Origin: Candidatus Magasanikbacteria bacterium RIFCSPHIGHO2_01_FULL_33_34
Lineage (GTDB): Bacteria > Patescibacteriota > Patescibacteriia > Magasanikbacterales > UBA922
Direction: 5' to 3'
Length of the DNA: 64,000 nt
NCBI GenBank assembly: GCA_001782825.1
Contig: MFPS01000009.1
Coordinates: 122,102 to 186,101, forward strand
Positions 9,450-19,591 of the stretch are shown piece after piece; positions within the stretch are counted from its first letter, which is position 1; each line of letters starts with the position of its first letter. The notes under the pieces were generated by a model. It ran no database searches. It was given only the letters and a program-made list of their open reading frames with translations, and was not told the DNA's origin. The position numbers were made by a program, and so were the translations under genes.

Positions 9450-10517
9450 ATGCCAACCAAAAACAACATGAGTTTTGACAAATTACGCTCAGCCATTTTT
9501 TTAGGCTTTGTGGCAATTTTACTTATAACTTTTTTATATCTTATCAGACCTTTTATATACGCTATTTTTTGGGCCGCTATTATAGCAATTCTATTACACC
9601 CCATTAACAAATTTATCAAAAAATATATTGATATGCCGGCAATCAGTTCACTTATTAGTGTAATATTAGTAATAGTAATTATCTTTTTACCTCTATTTTT
9701 ACTCTCTATTTTACTGGTACAACAATCAGTCCAATTATATATATCATTTGCACAAAATGGTTCAATATTCACCAATGTAGAAGGTCTAACAGCTTGGCTA
9801 CAAAGAACACCAGTAGCGCCATATGTCCAACAAGTCAGCGAACAATGGAGTCAATATGCAGTTAGTGCAGCCAAAAGCATCAGTCTATTCTTATTTAACA
9901 ATATAAAAAGCATTACTCAAAATTCTGTAACATTTCTTTTCATGCTTTTTATAATGTTATATACTCTTTATTATTTCTTCAAAGATGGAGAAAAAATTGC
10001 CAAATATTTATCATTCGTTTCACCCATTGGTGACAAATACGAATTAATGTTTTACACAAAATTCAGAACTACAGCTATATCCACTCTCAAAACCACATTG
10101 ATTATTGGTGGACTTCAAGGAACAATGGGTGGATTATTATTTTGGGCAGTCGGCATAAAAGGCGCTTTTGTTTGGGGAGTAATAATGACAGCACTTTCCT
10201 TGATACCTGCTCTAGGTACATTTATAGTTTGGTTTCCAGCCGCTATCATCATGCTTGCTACAGGTAATATTTGGCAAGGTGTGGTTATATTAGTGATTGG
10301 AACATTCTTGATCAGTACAATTGACAATTTGTTGAGACCAGTGCTGGTTGGCAAAGGCACAGAAATGCACCCACTTATAGTACTCTTTACTACTCTTGGT
10401 GGACTTATACTTTTTGGACTTTCTGGTTTTGTTATCGGGCCAATTGTCGGATCACTATTTTTAGCTACTATGTCAATTTATTCTCATTATTTCAAAACTG
10501 AACTTAGTTCAAACTAA
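9450..10517 (+). CDS. AI-2E family transporter (PerM/YhhT/UPF0118-like permease)
   Basis: 355 aa, about 8 TM helices. Topology and conserved C-terminal G-rich helix region (LLRPVLVGKGTEMHPLIVLFTTLGG) typical of AI-2E family. Confidence 0.7.
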   Translation: MPTKNNMSFDKLRSAIFLGFVAILLITFLYLIRPFIYAIFWAAIIAILLHPINKFIKKYIDMPAISSLISVILVIVIIFLPLFLLSILLVQQSVQLYISFAQNGSIFTNVEGLTAWLQRTPVAPYVQQVSEQWSQYAVSAAKSISLFLFNNIKSITQNSVTFLFMLFIMLYTLYYFFKDGEKIAKYLSFVSPIGDKYELMFYTKFRTTAISTLKTTLIIGGLQGTMGGLLFWAVGIKGAFVWGVIMTALSLIPALGTFIVWFPAAIIMLATGNIWQGVVILVIGTFLISTIDNLLRPVLVGKGTEMHPLIVLFTTLGGLILFGLSGFVIGPIVGSLFLATMSIYSHYFKTELSSN

Positions 10518-10545
10518 TCAATCTCAAAAAATATATAAACAAACT

Positions 10546-10575
10546 AAAAAATCCCTTATGAGGATTTTTTAGTTT
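10546..10575 (+). terminator. Rho-independent terminator after the transporter gene
   Basis: AAAAAATCCCTTATGAGGATTTTTTAG hairpin plus T-run. A second hairpin, CCGTAAAGCGCTTTCCG plus T7, lies at 10590-10615. Confidence 0.65.
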
Positions 10576-10624
10576 GTTATTTCAAAAAACCGTAAAGCGC
10601 TTTCCGTTTTTTTAAAATAACTAT

Positions 10625-10738
10625 GACCTTAGAATAACACCTACTATACCCGCTACTGAAAGAACGTACATCACAGCAGCAAAGCATAAGAAGCCTACCA
10701 AAATTCCTATACCTAGAACAGAACGACTCTTGTTCATA
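10625..10738 (-). CDS. Small hydrophobic peptide (37 aa; below the ORF-track length cutoff)
   Basis: MNKSRSVLGIGILVGFLCFAAVMYVLSVAGIVGVILRS: a single TM helix, with its own downstream terminator. No SD, but SD sites are generally absent here. Confidence 0.3.
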
Positions 10739-10882
10739 TAGTTTTTGATTAATGAGTTAATTAATTGTTATAAACATTATACCACAAAACAAAATAAAAA
10801 AACACCTAATATGTGCAAAAAAGGTAAGCCCGCTAAAGAATAATCTATTCTAGCGGGCACAAATTTTGCAAAGTATTTACTA

Positions 10883-11095
10883 TTATAAAAAATAAGTATT
10901 TTTAATTGTCCATGAAAAAGATGCCAATTGAACCAAAATAGCCTGCTCTTGATTAATACCCTGAGCTACAACCAAATACTTTCTACGCATTGTCTTATCA
11001 TACCATTTGATAAATTTATCTTCATTATCAAATTTTGATAAAGTTATATTACCCTTACCTGAACCAGTTACACACAAAAGAATAACATTGTGCAT
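10883..11095 (-). CDS. Hypothetical protein
   Basis: 70 aa. Downstream hairpin terminator GCCCGCTAGAATAGATTATTCTTTAGCGGGC plus T-run on the coding strand. Confidence 0.5.
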   Translation of the reverse strand: MHNVILLCVTGSGKGNITLSKFDNEDKFIKWYDKTMRRKYLVVAQGINQEQAILVQLASFSWTIKNTYFL

Positions 11096-11192
11096 TGGTC
11101 ACCTCCATGGTGGACATAAAACATTATTATAGTTTATCAATACTTACAAACAAAATTTTAAAATAAAATCGCTTCAAAGCGATTTTATTTTG

Positions 11193-11276
11193 TGCCCAGG
11201 GCGGGAATCGAACCCGCACGGTATAATTACCACAGGATTTTAAGTCCGGCGTGTCTACCAATTTCACCACCTGGGC
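11193..11276 (-). tRNA. tRNA-Leu (anticodon TAA), type II long variable arm
   Basis: Reverse complement GCCCAGGTGGTGAAATTGGTAGACACGCCGGACTTAAAATCCTGTGGTAATTATACCGTGCGGGTTCGATTCCCGCCCTGGGCA. 7-bp acceptor stem, GTTCGATTC T-loop, anticodon loop CTTAAAA, discriminator A. CCA is not encoded. Confidence 0.85.
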
Positions 11277-11289
11277 TTTTTCTCAACAT

Positions 11290-11318
11290 ATTTAACCACA
11301 AAATTACATATAAGTCAA
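11290..11318 (-). promoter_or_regulatory. Sigma70-type promoter for tRNA-Leu
   Basis: On the minus strand: TTGACT, 17 nt, TTAAAT, ending about 12 nt upstream of the tRNA 5' end. Confidence 0.5.
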
Positions 11319-11387
11319 CTAAACAAAAACCCCTCAAAGTGAGGGGTTTTTGTTTTGTTTGTTTCTTTTTATTTTTTGGCCAATTTT

Positions 11388-12653
11388 TTATTTTTTTGTT
11401 TTTACTTTTTTTGTATCTTCAGACTTTTTATCTGATTCAAGCTCAACAGCATCAGATTTTTCTTTTTTATCTTTTCCAGACTCTTTCTTTTCTTTCTTAT
11501 CTGGTTTTACTTCTGTTTTTTCACTTCTCTTGCCTTTTACACCTTCAGCTTTCAAACCTAAACGGTGTTCTGCTGGTTCAATATTTACAATCTCAAATTT
11601 ATATTCTTTACCAAGTTCAAATTTTTCTTTGAGCTCTTCAACACTCTTGATAGGTGTATCTGACAATTCAGAAATATGAGCAAGACCATGAATATCTTCA
11701 TCCAACTTTACCATAAGTCCAAACTGTTCAACTTTGTGAACTTCACCCTTAACAATTTGTCCCACTTTATAATTATCTTTCACTTTTTTCCATGGATCAT
11801 CAACCAAACGTTTGATTGACAAATAAATTTTTGATTTGTTCAAGTCAATAATTTGGGCTTTGACATTGTCGCCTACTTTCAAAACATCCTTTGGGTGATC
11901 AATTCTTTGCCAAACAATTTCCGAAATATGTACCAAACCTTCAAGACCCTCACCAAATTTTACAAATGCTCCAAATGGAGTAAGAGCAGCAATTTCTCCA
12001 TCAACCACATCCCCAATCTTGAATGCATCTAGAACTGCTTTTTGTTCATCTTCCCAAACTGCTTTTTCAGAAACAATCAATTTATCTTCTTTCTGATTGG
12101 CATCAAGGACTTTTACTTGTACTTTTTCACCAATTAATTTTTTTAATTTTTCTAAAATTCTTGACTTGTCTCCACCAGGTACACGTGGATAATGATCAGG
12201 ATTCAACTGAGAAACAGGCATAAATCCAACAATGGCGTCCACCTGCATCATCAAACCACCTTTGTTTGCGTCCAAAATTTTAGCTTCAATAGTAACACCA
12301 TCTTTAACCAATTCTGCCATTCTATCCCATACTCTCTGATTACCTGCGCTACGAAGTGACAATTCCATTTCACCATTTTCATTTTCTTGTTCAATTATGG
12401 TAGCTTCTACTTTATCTCCAATTTTGATATTGGCAAATTCATCAGATTCTGTAAAAAGTTCATGTCCTCTTACAATACCAGTAGTTAAGCCATTGATATC
12501 CAATCTAATAGCGCTACTATCAACTGAGATTACTGACCCCTCTACCAAATCTCCTTCATTTGGCATTTTTGCAAAATAATCTTTCAAAAGCTTACCAAAC
12601 TCACTATTGTCTTTAGCTTCATCTTTTGCACTCAAATTTAATTTCTTTGACAT
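11388..12653 (-). CDS. rpsA: 30S ribosomal protein S1 (four S1 domains, Lys-rich C-terminal tail)
   Basis: 421 aa with repeated S1-domain signatures (GxV..I..fGaFV). A bidirectional hairpin terminator, AAAACCCCTCAAAGTGAGGGGTTTTTG, lies at 11330-11360. Confidence 0.9.
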   Translation of the reverse strand: MSKKLNLSAKDEAKDNSEFGKLLKDYFAKMPNEGDLVEGSVISVDSSAIRLDINGLTTGIVRGHELFTESDEFANIKIGDKVEATIIEQENENGEMELSLRSAGNQRVWDRMAELVKDGVTIEAKILDANKGGLMMQVDAIVGFMPVSQLNPDHYPRVPGGDKSRILEKLKKLIGEKVQVKVLDANQKEDKLIVSEKAVWEDEQKAVLDAFKIGDVVDGEIAALTPFGAFVKFGEGLEGLVHISEIVWQRIDHPKDVLKVGDNVKAQIIDLNKSKIYLSIKRLVDDPWKKVKDNYKVGQIVKGEVHKVEQFGLMVKLDEDIHGLAHISELSDTPIKSVEELKEKFELGKEYKFEIVNIEPAEHRLGLKAEGVKGKRSEKTEVKPDKKEKKESGKDKKEKSDAVELESDKKSEDTKKVKTKK

Positions 12654-12916
12654 AAATTAATAATTAATAATTATCCTTGCTATTAGCAAAGCCTATCTAA
12701 ACTCCTGTCAAAAGGAAGTAGACAGATGATTTAATATATTTGGAATAGACTAAATAGCCTATTTCAAGGTGGCAGTAATATACACCATTTAAAATATTAT
12801 GTCAATATAAATTTATTTTATAGTATCTACCAACAAACCAATACTAAACAAACTTTATCAAACAAAAATACCTTATTTAAGCCAAAAAATATCACATTTT
12901 ACCCACCAATAACCTC

Positions 12917-12945
12917 TTGCAGTCCCAAACAAATTATTGTATAAT
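12917..12945 (+). promoter_or_regulatory. Sigma70-type promoter upstream of 13011 gene
   Basis: TTGCAG, 17 nt, TATAAT. Confidence 0.4.
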
Positions 12946-13010
12946 ATTATCACTATATTCACCGTATTTAATGGCTATTTACCCTTTAAACTACACTTAT
13001 TTAGACAAAT

Positions 13011-13625
13011 ATGCATTTATCATGGCTAGGAAGCACTGCAATCAAAATACAAGCAAAACCATTCAATGAAGACATAACATTGGTATTAGACACATACAAA
13101 CCAAAAATAGGGTCATTTCCACGCAATCTGACAGCTCATATCGCTCTTTATACCAGAGGAGAAGAAGACTCCATTACTATCTCAGGAAATCCATTTACAT
13201 TGTCAATCCCTGGTGAATGCGAAAACAAAGGCATATTAATTATGGGTGTGCAAGGTGAAAAAGCAGATGAAACAATGTTTAGAATTGATGCCGAAGATAT
13301 CAGTGTCGCCCATCTTGGCCTCGCTAGCAAACAGCTCACTGATGCTCAGTTGGAAGTTTTTGCTGGAGTTGACGTTTTAATTTTGCCTATTGGTGGCCAA
13401 GATAGCTATGACGCCGAAACTGCAGTAAAAATTGTTAATTCTATTGAACCTAGGATCATAATCCCTATGGCATTCAAATCTGATAACGATCCAAAAGCAA
13501 CAACGGTTGATAATTTCCTAAAAGAAATGGGTAGCGCTGATATAAAACCAGAAAAAAAAGTTATCCTAAAACAAAAGGACCTACCACAAGAAGAAACACA
13601 GATAATTGTTCTAGAAAAAGAATAA
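13011..13625 (+). CDS. Metal-dependent hydrolase of the MBL fold (Lactamase_B_3/UPF0173-like)
   Basis: 204 aa. N-terminus MHLSWLGSTAIKIQ resembles the M-ITWLGH start of the UPF0173 family. The canonical HxHxDH motif is not obvious. Confidence 0.5.
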   Translation: MHLSWLGSTAIKIQAKPFNEDITLVLDTYKPKIGSFPRNLTAHIALYTRGEEDSITISGNPFTLSIPGECENKGILIMGVQGEKADETMFRIDAEDISVAHLGLASKQLTDAQLEVFAGVDVLILPIGGQDSYDAETAVKIVNSIEPRIIIPMAFKSDNDPKATTVDNFLKEMGSADIKPEKKVILKQKDLPQEETQIIVLEKE

Positions 13626-13633
13626 TATTTTTT

Positions 13634-14197
13634 ATGCCTGTTAAAAAAAGAAAAAATAATGAAGCCGACAATGAAATGAAAGAGCGTATAAAAAATACAA
13701 TTGAAGAATTGCCAAAAATTATTGCTGAAGAAATGCGTGAAAATAAAAAAGAAAAAAAATTAACCAAAAATTCTACCCCATACAATGATCCCAGCTACAA
13801 AAAAAGAAAACTTATTATGTGGTCATTTGTAATCGTATTTATCTTAATTATATTTACAATGTGGGCCATAAATATCAATTCTGTATTCTATGATTTCAAT
13901 AAAAAAATACAAAATGATGATAGTTTGTCTAACATAAATAAAGGCAAAGAAATAATCCAAGAAACATATGACAACAATATAAAAAATGTTTTTGATAAAT
14001 TTGATACACTAATAGAAGATTCACTTGAAGAAAAAGCTACAGAAAAAGAAAATAATAATATAAGTTTAGAATCACTTGTTAACGCTATCAATAATTTTAC
14101 TAGTACAACAATCAATACAACTTCTTCCACTGACATAATTGCGACATCCACAATGGATACAACAACTACAACAGAAGAAGTTCCTAATAAAAATTAA
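13634..14197 (+). CDS. Hypothetical low-complexity protein with one TM helix (Lys/Asn/Thr-rich)
   Basis: 187 aa. Internal hydrophobic helix [20 protein letters not shown] and a Thr-rich C-terminus. Confidence 0.5.
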   Translation: MPVKKRKNNEADNEMKERIKNTIEELPKIIAEEMRENKKEKKLTKNSTPYNDPSYKKRKLIMWSFVIVFILIIFTMWAININSVFYDFNKKIQNDDSLSNINKGKEIIQETYDNNIKNVFDKFDTLIEDSLEEKATEKENNNISLESLVNAINNFTSTTINTTSSTDIIATSTMDTTTTTEEVPNKN

Positions 14198-14219
14198 TCA
14201 GTTATTTATACGTAAGTTT

Positions 14220-16706
14220 ATGGCAAAAGATATTGCAAAAGACCAAACAAAACTTCCAGCAGAAGGTAATGTGGGCAAAATTGAACCAATCAGACTAATT
14301 GATGAAATGCAAACATCATATCTAGATTATGCAATGAGTGTGATAGTATCTCGCGCTCTACCTGATGTCCGCGATGGTTTAAAACCAGTACACAGACGTA
14401 TTTTATACGCAATGTGGGGACTTGGTCTCAGACATAGTTCCAAATTCCTCAAGTCTGCTCGTGTAGTCGGAGATGTGATGGGTAAATATCATCCTCATGG
14501 CGACTCAGCAATTTATGACTCTCTGGTACGCATGGCCCAAGATTTTTCTATGCGCCACCAACTCGTCCACGGTCAAGGAAACTTCGGATCAATGGACGGA
14601 GACTCGGCGGCGGCTATGCGTTATACAGAAGCCAAGCTCAAAGCAATTGCCGAAGAACTTTTGTTTGATATAGAAAAAGATACTGTAGACTTTGGTCCAA
14701 ACTATGACGGTTCTACACGAGAGCCCAGAGTATTGCCAGGCAAACTACCCAATCTACTCTTAAATGGCAGTATGGGTATCGCTGTTGGAATGGCTACAAA
14801 TATTCCACCACATAATTTACGTGAACTTTGCGAAGCAATTACTCTATTGATAGACAAACCAAAATGTAGTATTGAAGAATTGACCGAATTTGTCAAAGGA
14901 CCAGATTTTCCTACTGGCGGAATAATTTACAACAAAAAAGATATAGTAACAGCTTATGCTACCGGCAAAGGCGGAGTTATATTGCGAGCCAAAGCTGATA
15001 TCCAAGAAAATAAATCAGGACAATTTCAAATTATTGTCACAGAAATTCCTTACCAAGTTAACAAATCAAACTTATTAGAAAAAATTGCCACACTAGTCCA
15101 AGAAAAAAAGCTAGAAGGTATAAAAGATTTGCGTGATGAATCAAACAAAGAAGGTGTCCGCGTTGTCCTTGATTTGAAAAAAGACTCATACCCAAAAAAG
15201 ATTTTAAATCGCTTGTACAAATTAACTGAACTCCAAACTACTTTCCACTTCAATACCATTGCGCTAGTTGATGGTATTCAACCTCGCTTACTAAACCTCA
15301 AAACCATTTTAGAAGAATTCATCAAACACAGACAAGTAGTGATTGTCCGCCGAACTGAGTTCGACTTGAGAAAAGCCAAAGACCGCGCTCATATTTTGGA
15401 AGGTTTGAAAATGGCATTGGACAAAATTGATATTATCATCAATACAATTCGCAAATCCAAAGACAAAGAAGAAGCCAAAATAAATTTGATGAATAAATTT
15501 AAGTTTAGTGATAGGCAAACACTTGCAATTTTAGAAATGAAATTGCAACAATTGGCAAATTTGGAAAGAAAAAAGATAGAAGATGAATTAAAAGAGAAAA
15601 AAGCCTTAATCAAAGAATTAGAAGCATTACTCTCAAGTCCAAAAATGATTCTAAATGTTATCAAAAAAGAAACAGCTGAAGTAGCTGAAAAATTTGGTGA
15701 AGATAGACGAACAAAAGTTGTAGCTGGTGGAGTAAAAGAATTTTCTATGGAAGATCTAGTACCAAATGAACCAACAATTATCATGGCCACCAAAGACGGC
15801 TACATAAAACGCATGCCGGTTGACACCTTCAAAACTCAAGCTCGTGGTGGCAAAGGTGTAGTCGGATTAACAACCAAAGAAGAAGACGTCATTGACCACC
15901 TCATAGCCACCAATACCCATGACAATATGTTATTCTTCACTACTCGTGGACGAATATTCCAAATGATGGCTTATGATATTCCGGTAACTAGTCGTACAGC
16001 CAAAGGACAAGCCTTGGTAAATTTCTTACAACTAGCCCCAAATGAAAAAGTATCCGCCATACGCTCAATGGAAGATATCAGTAAATACAAATATTTAGTA
16101 ATGGTTACCAGCAAAGGCGTAATCAAAAAAACTGACTTATCTGACTTCTCAAATGTTCGCGCTTCAGGACTGATTGCTCTTAAAATCAAACCAGACGATA
16201 CACTTGAGTGGGTAATACCTTCTACTGGCAAAGATGATATTATCATTATAACTTCTGGTGGCCAAGCCATCAGATTCAAAGAAACCAGTGTGAGACCTAT
16301 GGGACGTACAGCTAGTGGTGTTCGCGGTATAAAACTTCGCTCGCATGATGAAGTAGTCGGAATGGATGTTGTATCCCCTGAACTGGTTGGTAAAAAAGTC
16401 TTAGAATTATTAGTAATATCAGAAAATGGGCTCGGAAAAAGAACAGTACTGACAGAGTACAAAGTCCAAGGTCGTGGTGGCAGTGGAATAAAAACCATGT
16501 CTGTAACAACCAAAACAGGCAAAATAATCAGCGCTCAAGTAATTAATAATACCGAAGAAAAAGACTTGATGATGATATCTGTCAAAGGACAAGTAGTAAG
16601 AACACCAATGAAAACTGTCTCCACTCTAGGTCGCGCTACCCAAGGTGTTAGGATGATGCGATTCAAACAAGATGGCGACAAAGTTGCAAGTATTGCTCTC
16701 CTATAA
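14220..16706 (+). CDS. gyrA: DNA gyrase subunit A
   Basis: MAKDIAKD...[43 protein letters not shown], including the active-site Tyr region, plus C-terminal beta-pinwheel repeats. The ORF-track start at 14139 is upstream read-through; ATG at 14220 fits the GyrA N-terminus. Confidence 0.95.
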   Translation: MAKDIAKDQTKLPAEGNVGKIEPIRLIDEMQTSYLDYAMSVIVSRALPDVRDGLKPVHRRILYAMWGLGLRHSSKFLKSARVVGDVMGKYHPHGDSAIYDSLVRMAQDFSMRHQLVHGQGNFGSMDGDSAAAMRYTEAKLKAIAEELLFDIEKDTVDFGPNYDGSTREPRVLPGKLPNLLLNGSMGIAVGMATNIPPHNLRELCEAITLLIDKPKCSIEELTEFVKGPDFPTGGIIYNKKDIVTAYATGKGGVILRAKADIQENKSGQFQIIVTEIPYQVNKSNLLEKIATLVQEKKLEGIKDLRDESNKEGVRVVLDLKKDSYPKKILNRLYKLTELQTTFHFNTIALVDGIQPRLLNLKTILEEFIKHRQVVIVRRTEFDLRKAKDRAHILEGLKMALDKIDIIINTIRKSKDKEEAKINLMNKFKFSDRQTLAILEMKLQQLANLERKKIEDELKEKKALIKELEALLSSPKMILNVIKKETAEVAEKFGEDRRTKVVAGGVKEFSMEDLVPNEPTIIMATKDGYIKRMPVDTFKTQARGGKGVVGLTTKEEDVIDHLIATNTHDNMLFFTTRGRIFQMMAYDIPVTSRTAKGQALVNFLQLAPNEKVSAIRSMEDISKYKYLVMVTSKGVIKKTDLSDFSNVRASGLIALKIKPDDTLEWVIPSTGKDDIIIITSGGQAIRFKETSVRPMGRTASGVRGIKLRSHDEVVGMDVVSPELVGKKVLELLVISENGLGKRTVLTEYKVQGRGGSGIKTMSVTTKTGKIISAQVINNTEEKDLMMISVKGQVVRTPMKTVSTLGRATQGVRMMRFKQDGDKVASIALL

Positions 16707-16713
16707 AATATAA

Positions 16714-16757
16714 ATACCAATAACAAAACTCCCATTAGGGAGTTTTGTTATTGGTAT
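16714..16757 (+). terminator. Rho-independent terminator after gyrA (20-bp perfect stem)
   Basis: ATACCAATAACAAAACTCCC-ATTA-GGGAGTTTTGTTATTGGTAT. Confidence 0.7.
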
Positions 16758-16817
16758 TTATAAATTTTATTTTTCATAATATAAATTTATGATATAGTTA
16801 CTTTAAACCAAACTGAA

Positions 16818-17144
16818 ATGGAGTCCATCATGATATTGCCAATAATAGAATATGATATACTTCCAAGCAACACAAATCTTAGTAGTGAAAATATAATTAA
16901 AGCATTTGAAAATAGTAATAATATCGTATTCAATGTTTACAATAGAAATTCTAAAAAAATAGAAACCCTACAACTAAGATTCACAATGCTTTTAAATTCA
17001 CATGACACACCCCACTTATTTGAATTTCAAGCTATATTAATTACAGATTCATCAGAATACATTTGTGATGTTGAAGGAACATACAACTCCCAGGATGGTT
17101 CTGGCTCTATCAAGATTGATTATAATAATTACCTTGTGGTCTAG
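16818..17144 (+). CDS. Hypothetical protein
   Basis: 108 aa. No motif. Flanked by terminators. Confidence 0.5.
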   Translation: MESIMILPIIEYDILPSNTNLSSENIIKAFENSNNIVFNVYNRNSKKIETLQLRFTMLLNSHDTPHLFEFQAILITDSSEYICDVEGTYNSQDGSGSIKIDYNNYLVV

Positions 17145-17146
17145 CC

Positions 17147-17192
17147 AATATCTGCGTTCATCATTGCCCTAATATTGATGAACGCAGATAAA
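17147..17192. terminator. Bidirectional hairpin terminator between converging genes
   Basis: ATCTGCGTTCATCA...TGATGAACGCAGAT, a 14-bp perfect inverted repeat. Confidence 0.6.
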
Positions 17193-17270
17193 ATACTCAA
17201 TTTATCAATAAAATTTTATTTAAAAAATAAAAAAATTCCTATTAAAGAATTTTTTTATTAAGATATAATA

Positions 17271-17849
17271 TTATTTAGACAACTGTCGCAAAACAATTTT
17301 CAACAACTCCTCTGCATTTTTGTCTGCAGTATTGAGTCCATTCACCACTGCCTTTATTTCTTCTTTTCCATAGCCCATCGCAGTCAGTCCATCTATCACA
17401 TCTGTTAAAGCTTTGTTATCACTTGTCAGCTCACCAATATTTTCCAATTTTCCAATTTTATTTTTTAATTCTACTACCAATCTCTCGGCAGTTTTTTGTC
17501 CCATACCTTGAACAGCCGTCAGATATTTTACATCCTCACGAGCAATTGCTCCTTTGATATCTTCCATTGATCCCAAATTCAATATATTCATCGCGCTTTT
17601 TGGACCAACACCAGAAACAGACAAAAGAATTTCAAAAAACTCTTTTTGAGATATATCTTCAAAACCATACAAATCCATCGCATTTTCACTTACTTTTAGA
17701 TAAGTAAAAAATTCCACATTTTGGCCTGCAAAATATTTGGACGCTAAAATTTTTGATAAATAAATTTCATAACCAATCCCACTAGCAGTTTCTACAACCA
17801 CATTATCTTTGCCAACTGCTTGAATTTTCCCTTTGATATATGAAATCAT
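17271..17849 (-). CDS. ruvA: Holliday junction DNA helicase RuvA
   Basis: MISYIKGKI..VVVETASGIGYEI, an HhH motif pair, and the C-terminal RuvB-interaction domain. Confidence 0.9.
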   Translation of the reverse strand: MISYIKGKIQAVGKDNVVVETASGIGYEIYLSKILASKYFAGQNVEFFTYLKVSENAMDLYGFEDISQKEFFEILLSVSGVGPKSAMNILNLGSMEDIKGAIAREDVKYLTAVQGMGQKTAERLVVELKNKIGKLENIGELTSDNKALTDVIDGLTAMGYGKEEIKAVVNGLNTADKNAEELLKIVLRQLSK

Positions 17850-17852
17850 ATA

Positions 17853-19340
17853 TTATCTCAAATACTCTACCAGTGTCTGTATACCAAAACCATTAGCCCC
17901 ATGTCTTATCCATGGTTTGCCTTTACCATCATAATGAGAACAAGACAAATCAATATGCGCCCAAGGATAATCCGTAAAAAATTGCAAAAATGCAGCCGCC
18001 GTACTAGCTCCACCATAACCAGGACCACCAACACCAGCCAAATTCTTTACATCAGCCACTTCACTTTTAATCGCTTCTGTATATTCTTCACCAACTGGCA
18101 AATGCCACAATTGTTCACCAACTTCTTTTGATTTATCTTCTAAATTTTTTATTATACTTTCATCATTACCAAACAATCCTGATCTCTCATTTCCCAGTGC
18201 CACCATACATGCCCCAGTCAAAGTAGCAAAATCAATTACTTCACGTGGTTTATACTTTACAGCATAAGCTAATGCATCAGCCAATATCAAACGCCCTTCT
18301 GCATCAGTGTGAATTATCTCTACTGTCTTGCCATTGTGCGCAGTCAAAATATCATCTGGTCTATATGAACTGCCACTCGGCATATTCTCACAAGATGGAA
18401 TCAGACCAATTACATTTTTCTTTAATTTGAGAGACGCTACTGCTTTTATAACTCCAAGCACTGTTCCTGCACCCAACATATCAAACTTCATATCATTCAT
18501 ATAATTGCCCGGTTTTATTCCCAAACCACCAGAATCAAATGTGATTCCTTTACCAACCAAAACTACTGGTTTTTGACTAGATCCACCACCCAAATACTCT
18601 ACAATTATAAATTTTGGTTCTTCAACTGATCCTTGTGAAACACCCAACAAACATCCCATATTCAATTTTTTTATTTCAGGTCGTGACAATACTTTCACTT
18701 TTATAGCGTTATTTTCTTTTGCCAATTTTTGCGCTTCTTTTGCCAACAAACTAGGTGTCATAATACTTGGTGGAGTATTACCAAGATGACGAGTATAATT
18801 TACACTATGCCCAATCACTTCTCCTTCAGCAATACCTTTTTGCAAATTGGTTTTTTCACTTGCAGAAAATTTTCCAACCACTGATAATTTTTCCAACTTT
18901 TGCACCCGAGCATCAGCTTCACTCTTGTGCTCGTCAAATGCATAACTGGCAGTCTCAACAGCCACAGCCAATTCTAACCCCAATTTTTTTGCACCAAATT
19001 TCTTTATCAATTCATTTGATAAAACCAAAGAAAAATTTCCAATTTTTTTGCCTTGCATACCGATCACACAAGCACCCACTACTTGCTTTAATGAACGAAT
19101 ATCAAAATCCGTATCTTTGCCCAAACCAACCAAAAGCACAGCCGGCACATCCTTGTTTTGCGTCCGACTAAAACTCATTTGCATTTTTTTACTCTCAAAA
19201 TTGTCTGATATACACATCTCAGACAAAAGTCCATTCAATTTTTTATCAAGTTCTTTAGCTTGTACACTCAATCCTTTACCTTCAAAAACTGGCACTACCA
19301 TAACTCCTGCAAAATTATTTTCTATACTATATTTTGTCAT
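17853..19340 (-). CDS. pepA: Leucyl aminopeptidase (M17 family)
   Basis: M17 signature NTDAEGRL (IHTDAEGRLILADAL) and upstream metal ligands. Confidence 0.9.
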   Translation of the reverse strand: MTKYSIENNFAGVMVVPVFEGKGLSVQAKELDKKLNGLLSEMCISDNFESKKMQMSFSRTQNKDVPAVLLVGLGKDTDFDIRSLKQVVGACVIGMQGKKIGNFSLVLSNELIKKFGAKKLGLELAVAVETASYAFDEHKSEADARVQKLEKLSVVGKFSASEKTNLQKGIAEGEVIGHSVNYTRHLGNTPPSIMTPSLLAKEAQKLAKENNAIKVKVLSRPEIKKLNMGCLLGVSQGSVEEPKFIIVEYLGGGSSQKPVVLVGKGITFDSGGLGIKPGNYMNDMKFDMLGAGTVLGVIKAVASLKLKKNVIGLIPSCENMPSGSSYRPDDILTAHNGKTVEIIHTDAEGRLILADALAYAVKYKPREVIDFATLTGACMVALGNERSGLFGNDESIIKNLEDKSKEVGEQLWHLPVGEEYTEAIKSEVADVKNLAGVGGPGYGGASTAAAFLQFFTDYPWAHIDLSCSHYDGKGKPWIRHGANGFGIQTLVEYLR

Positions 19341-19460
19341 AAATAATATGAATAAAAGAAATACCGAGACTACCTAAGCATTTCTAAATGAATTAAATTT
19401 ATATCGAAACATATCTATTATTTTATTTATAAAAATTAATAATATTATTTATAATCAAGC

Positions 19461-19560
19461 ATTAGTTCTAATTATTTGTTTTTACGGATTTGGTTGCCAC
19501 AACAGGCAACCACCTCGGAGCCACAGCGAGAATGAGTAAAAACAAATAATTAGAACTAAT
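19461..19560 (+). repeat. Nested-hairpin repeat element, copy 2
   Basis: 25-bp perfect terminal inverted repeat ATTAGTTCTAATTATTTGTTTTTAC/GTAAAAACAAATAATTAGAACTAAT enclosing the conserved core. Confidence 0.7.
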
Positions 19561-19591
19561 ATAATCATGATCTAAAGTATAAATAACACTA

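Noticed and set aside
4246-10360. Numerous 60-135-aa ORFs antisense to ahcY, the Ca antiporter, the AI-2E transporter, gyrA, pepA, ileS and others (for example 4246-4653, 5304-5534, 9428-9775, 10115-10360, 15389-15793, 15971-16522, 21941-22426)
   Set aside because: They lie entirely within and opposite to well-supported conserved genes. No independent signals.
11192-11679. Plus-strand ORFs 11192-11632 and 11350-11679 (146 and 109 aa)
   Set aside because: They overlap the minus-strand tRNA-Leu and run antisense to the Lys-rich tail of rpsA. The low-complexity Phe/Leu/Ser translation is typical of antisense frames of AAG/AAA-rich coding sequence.
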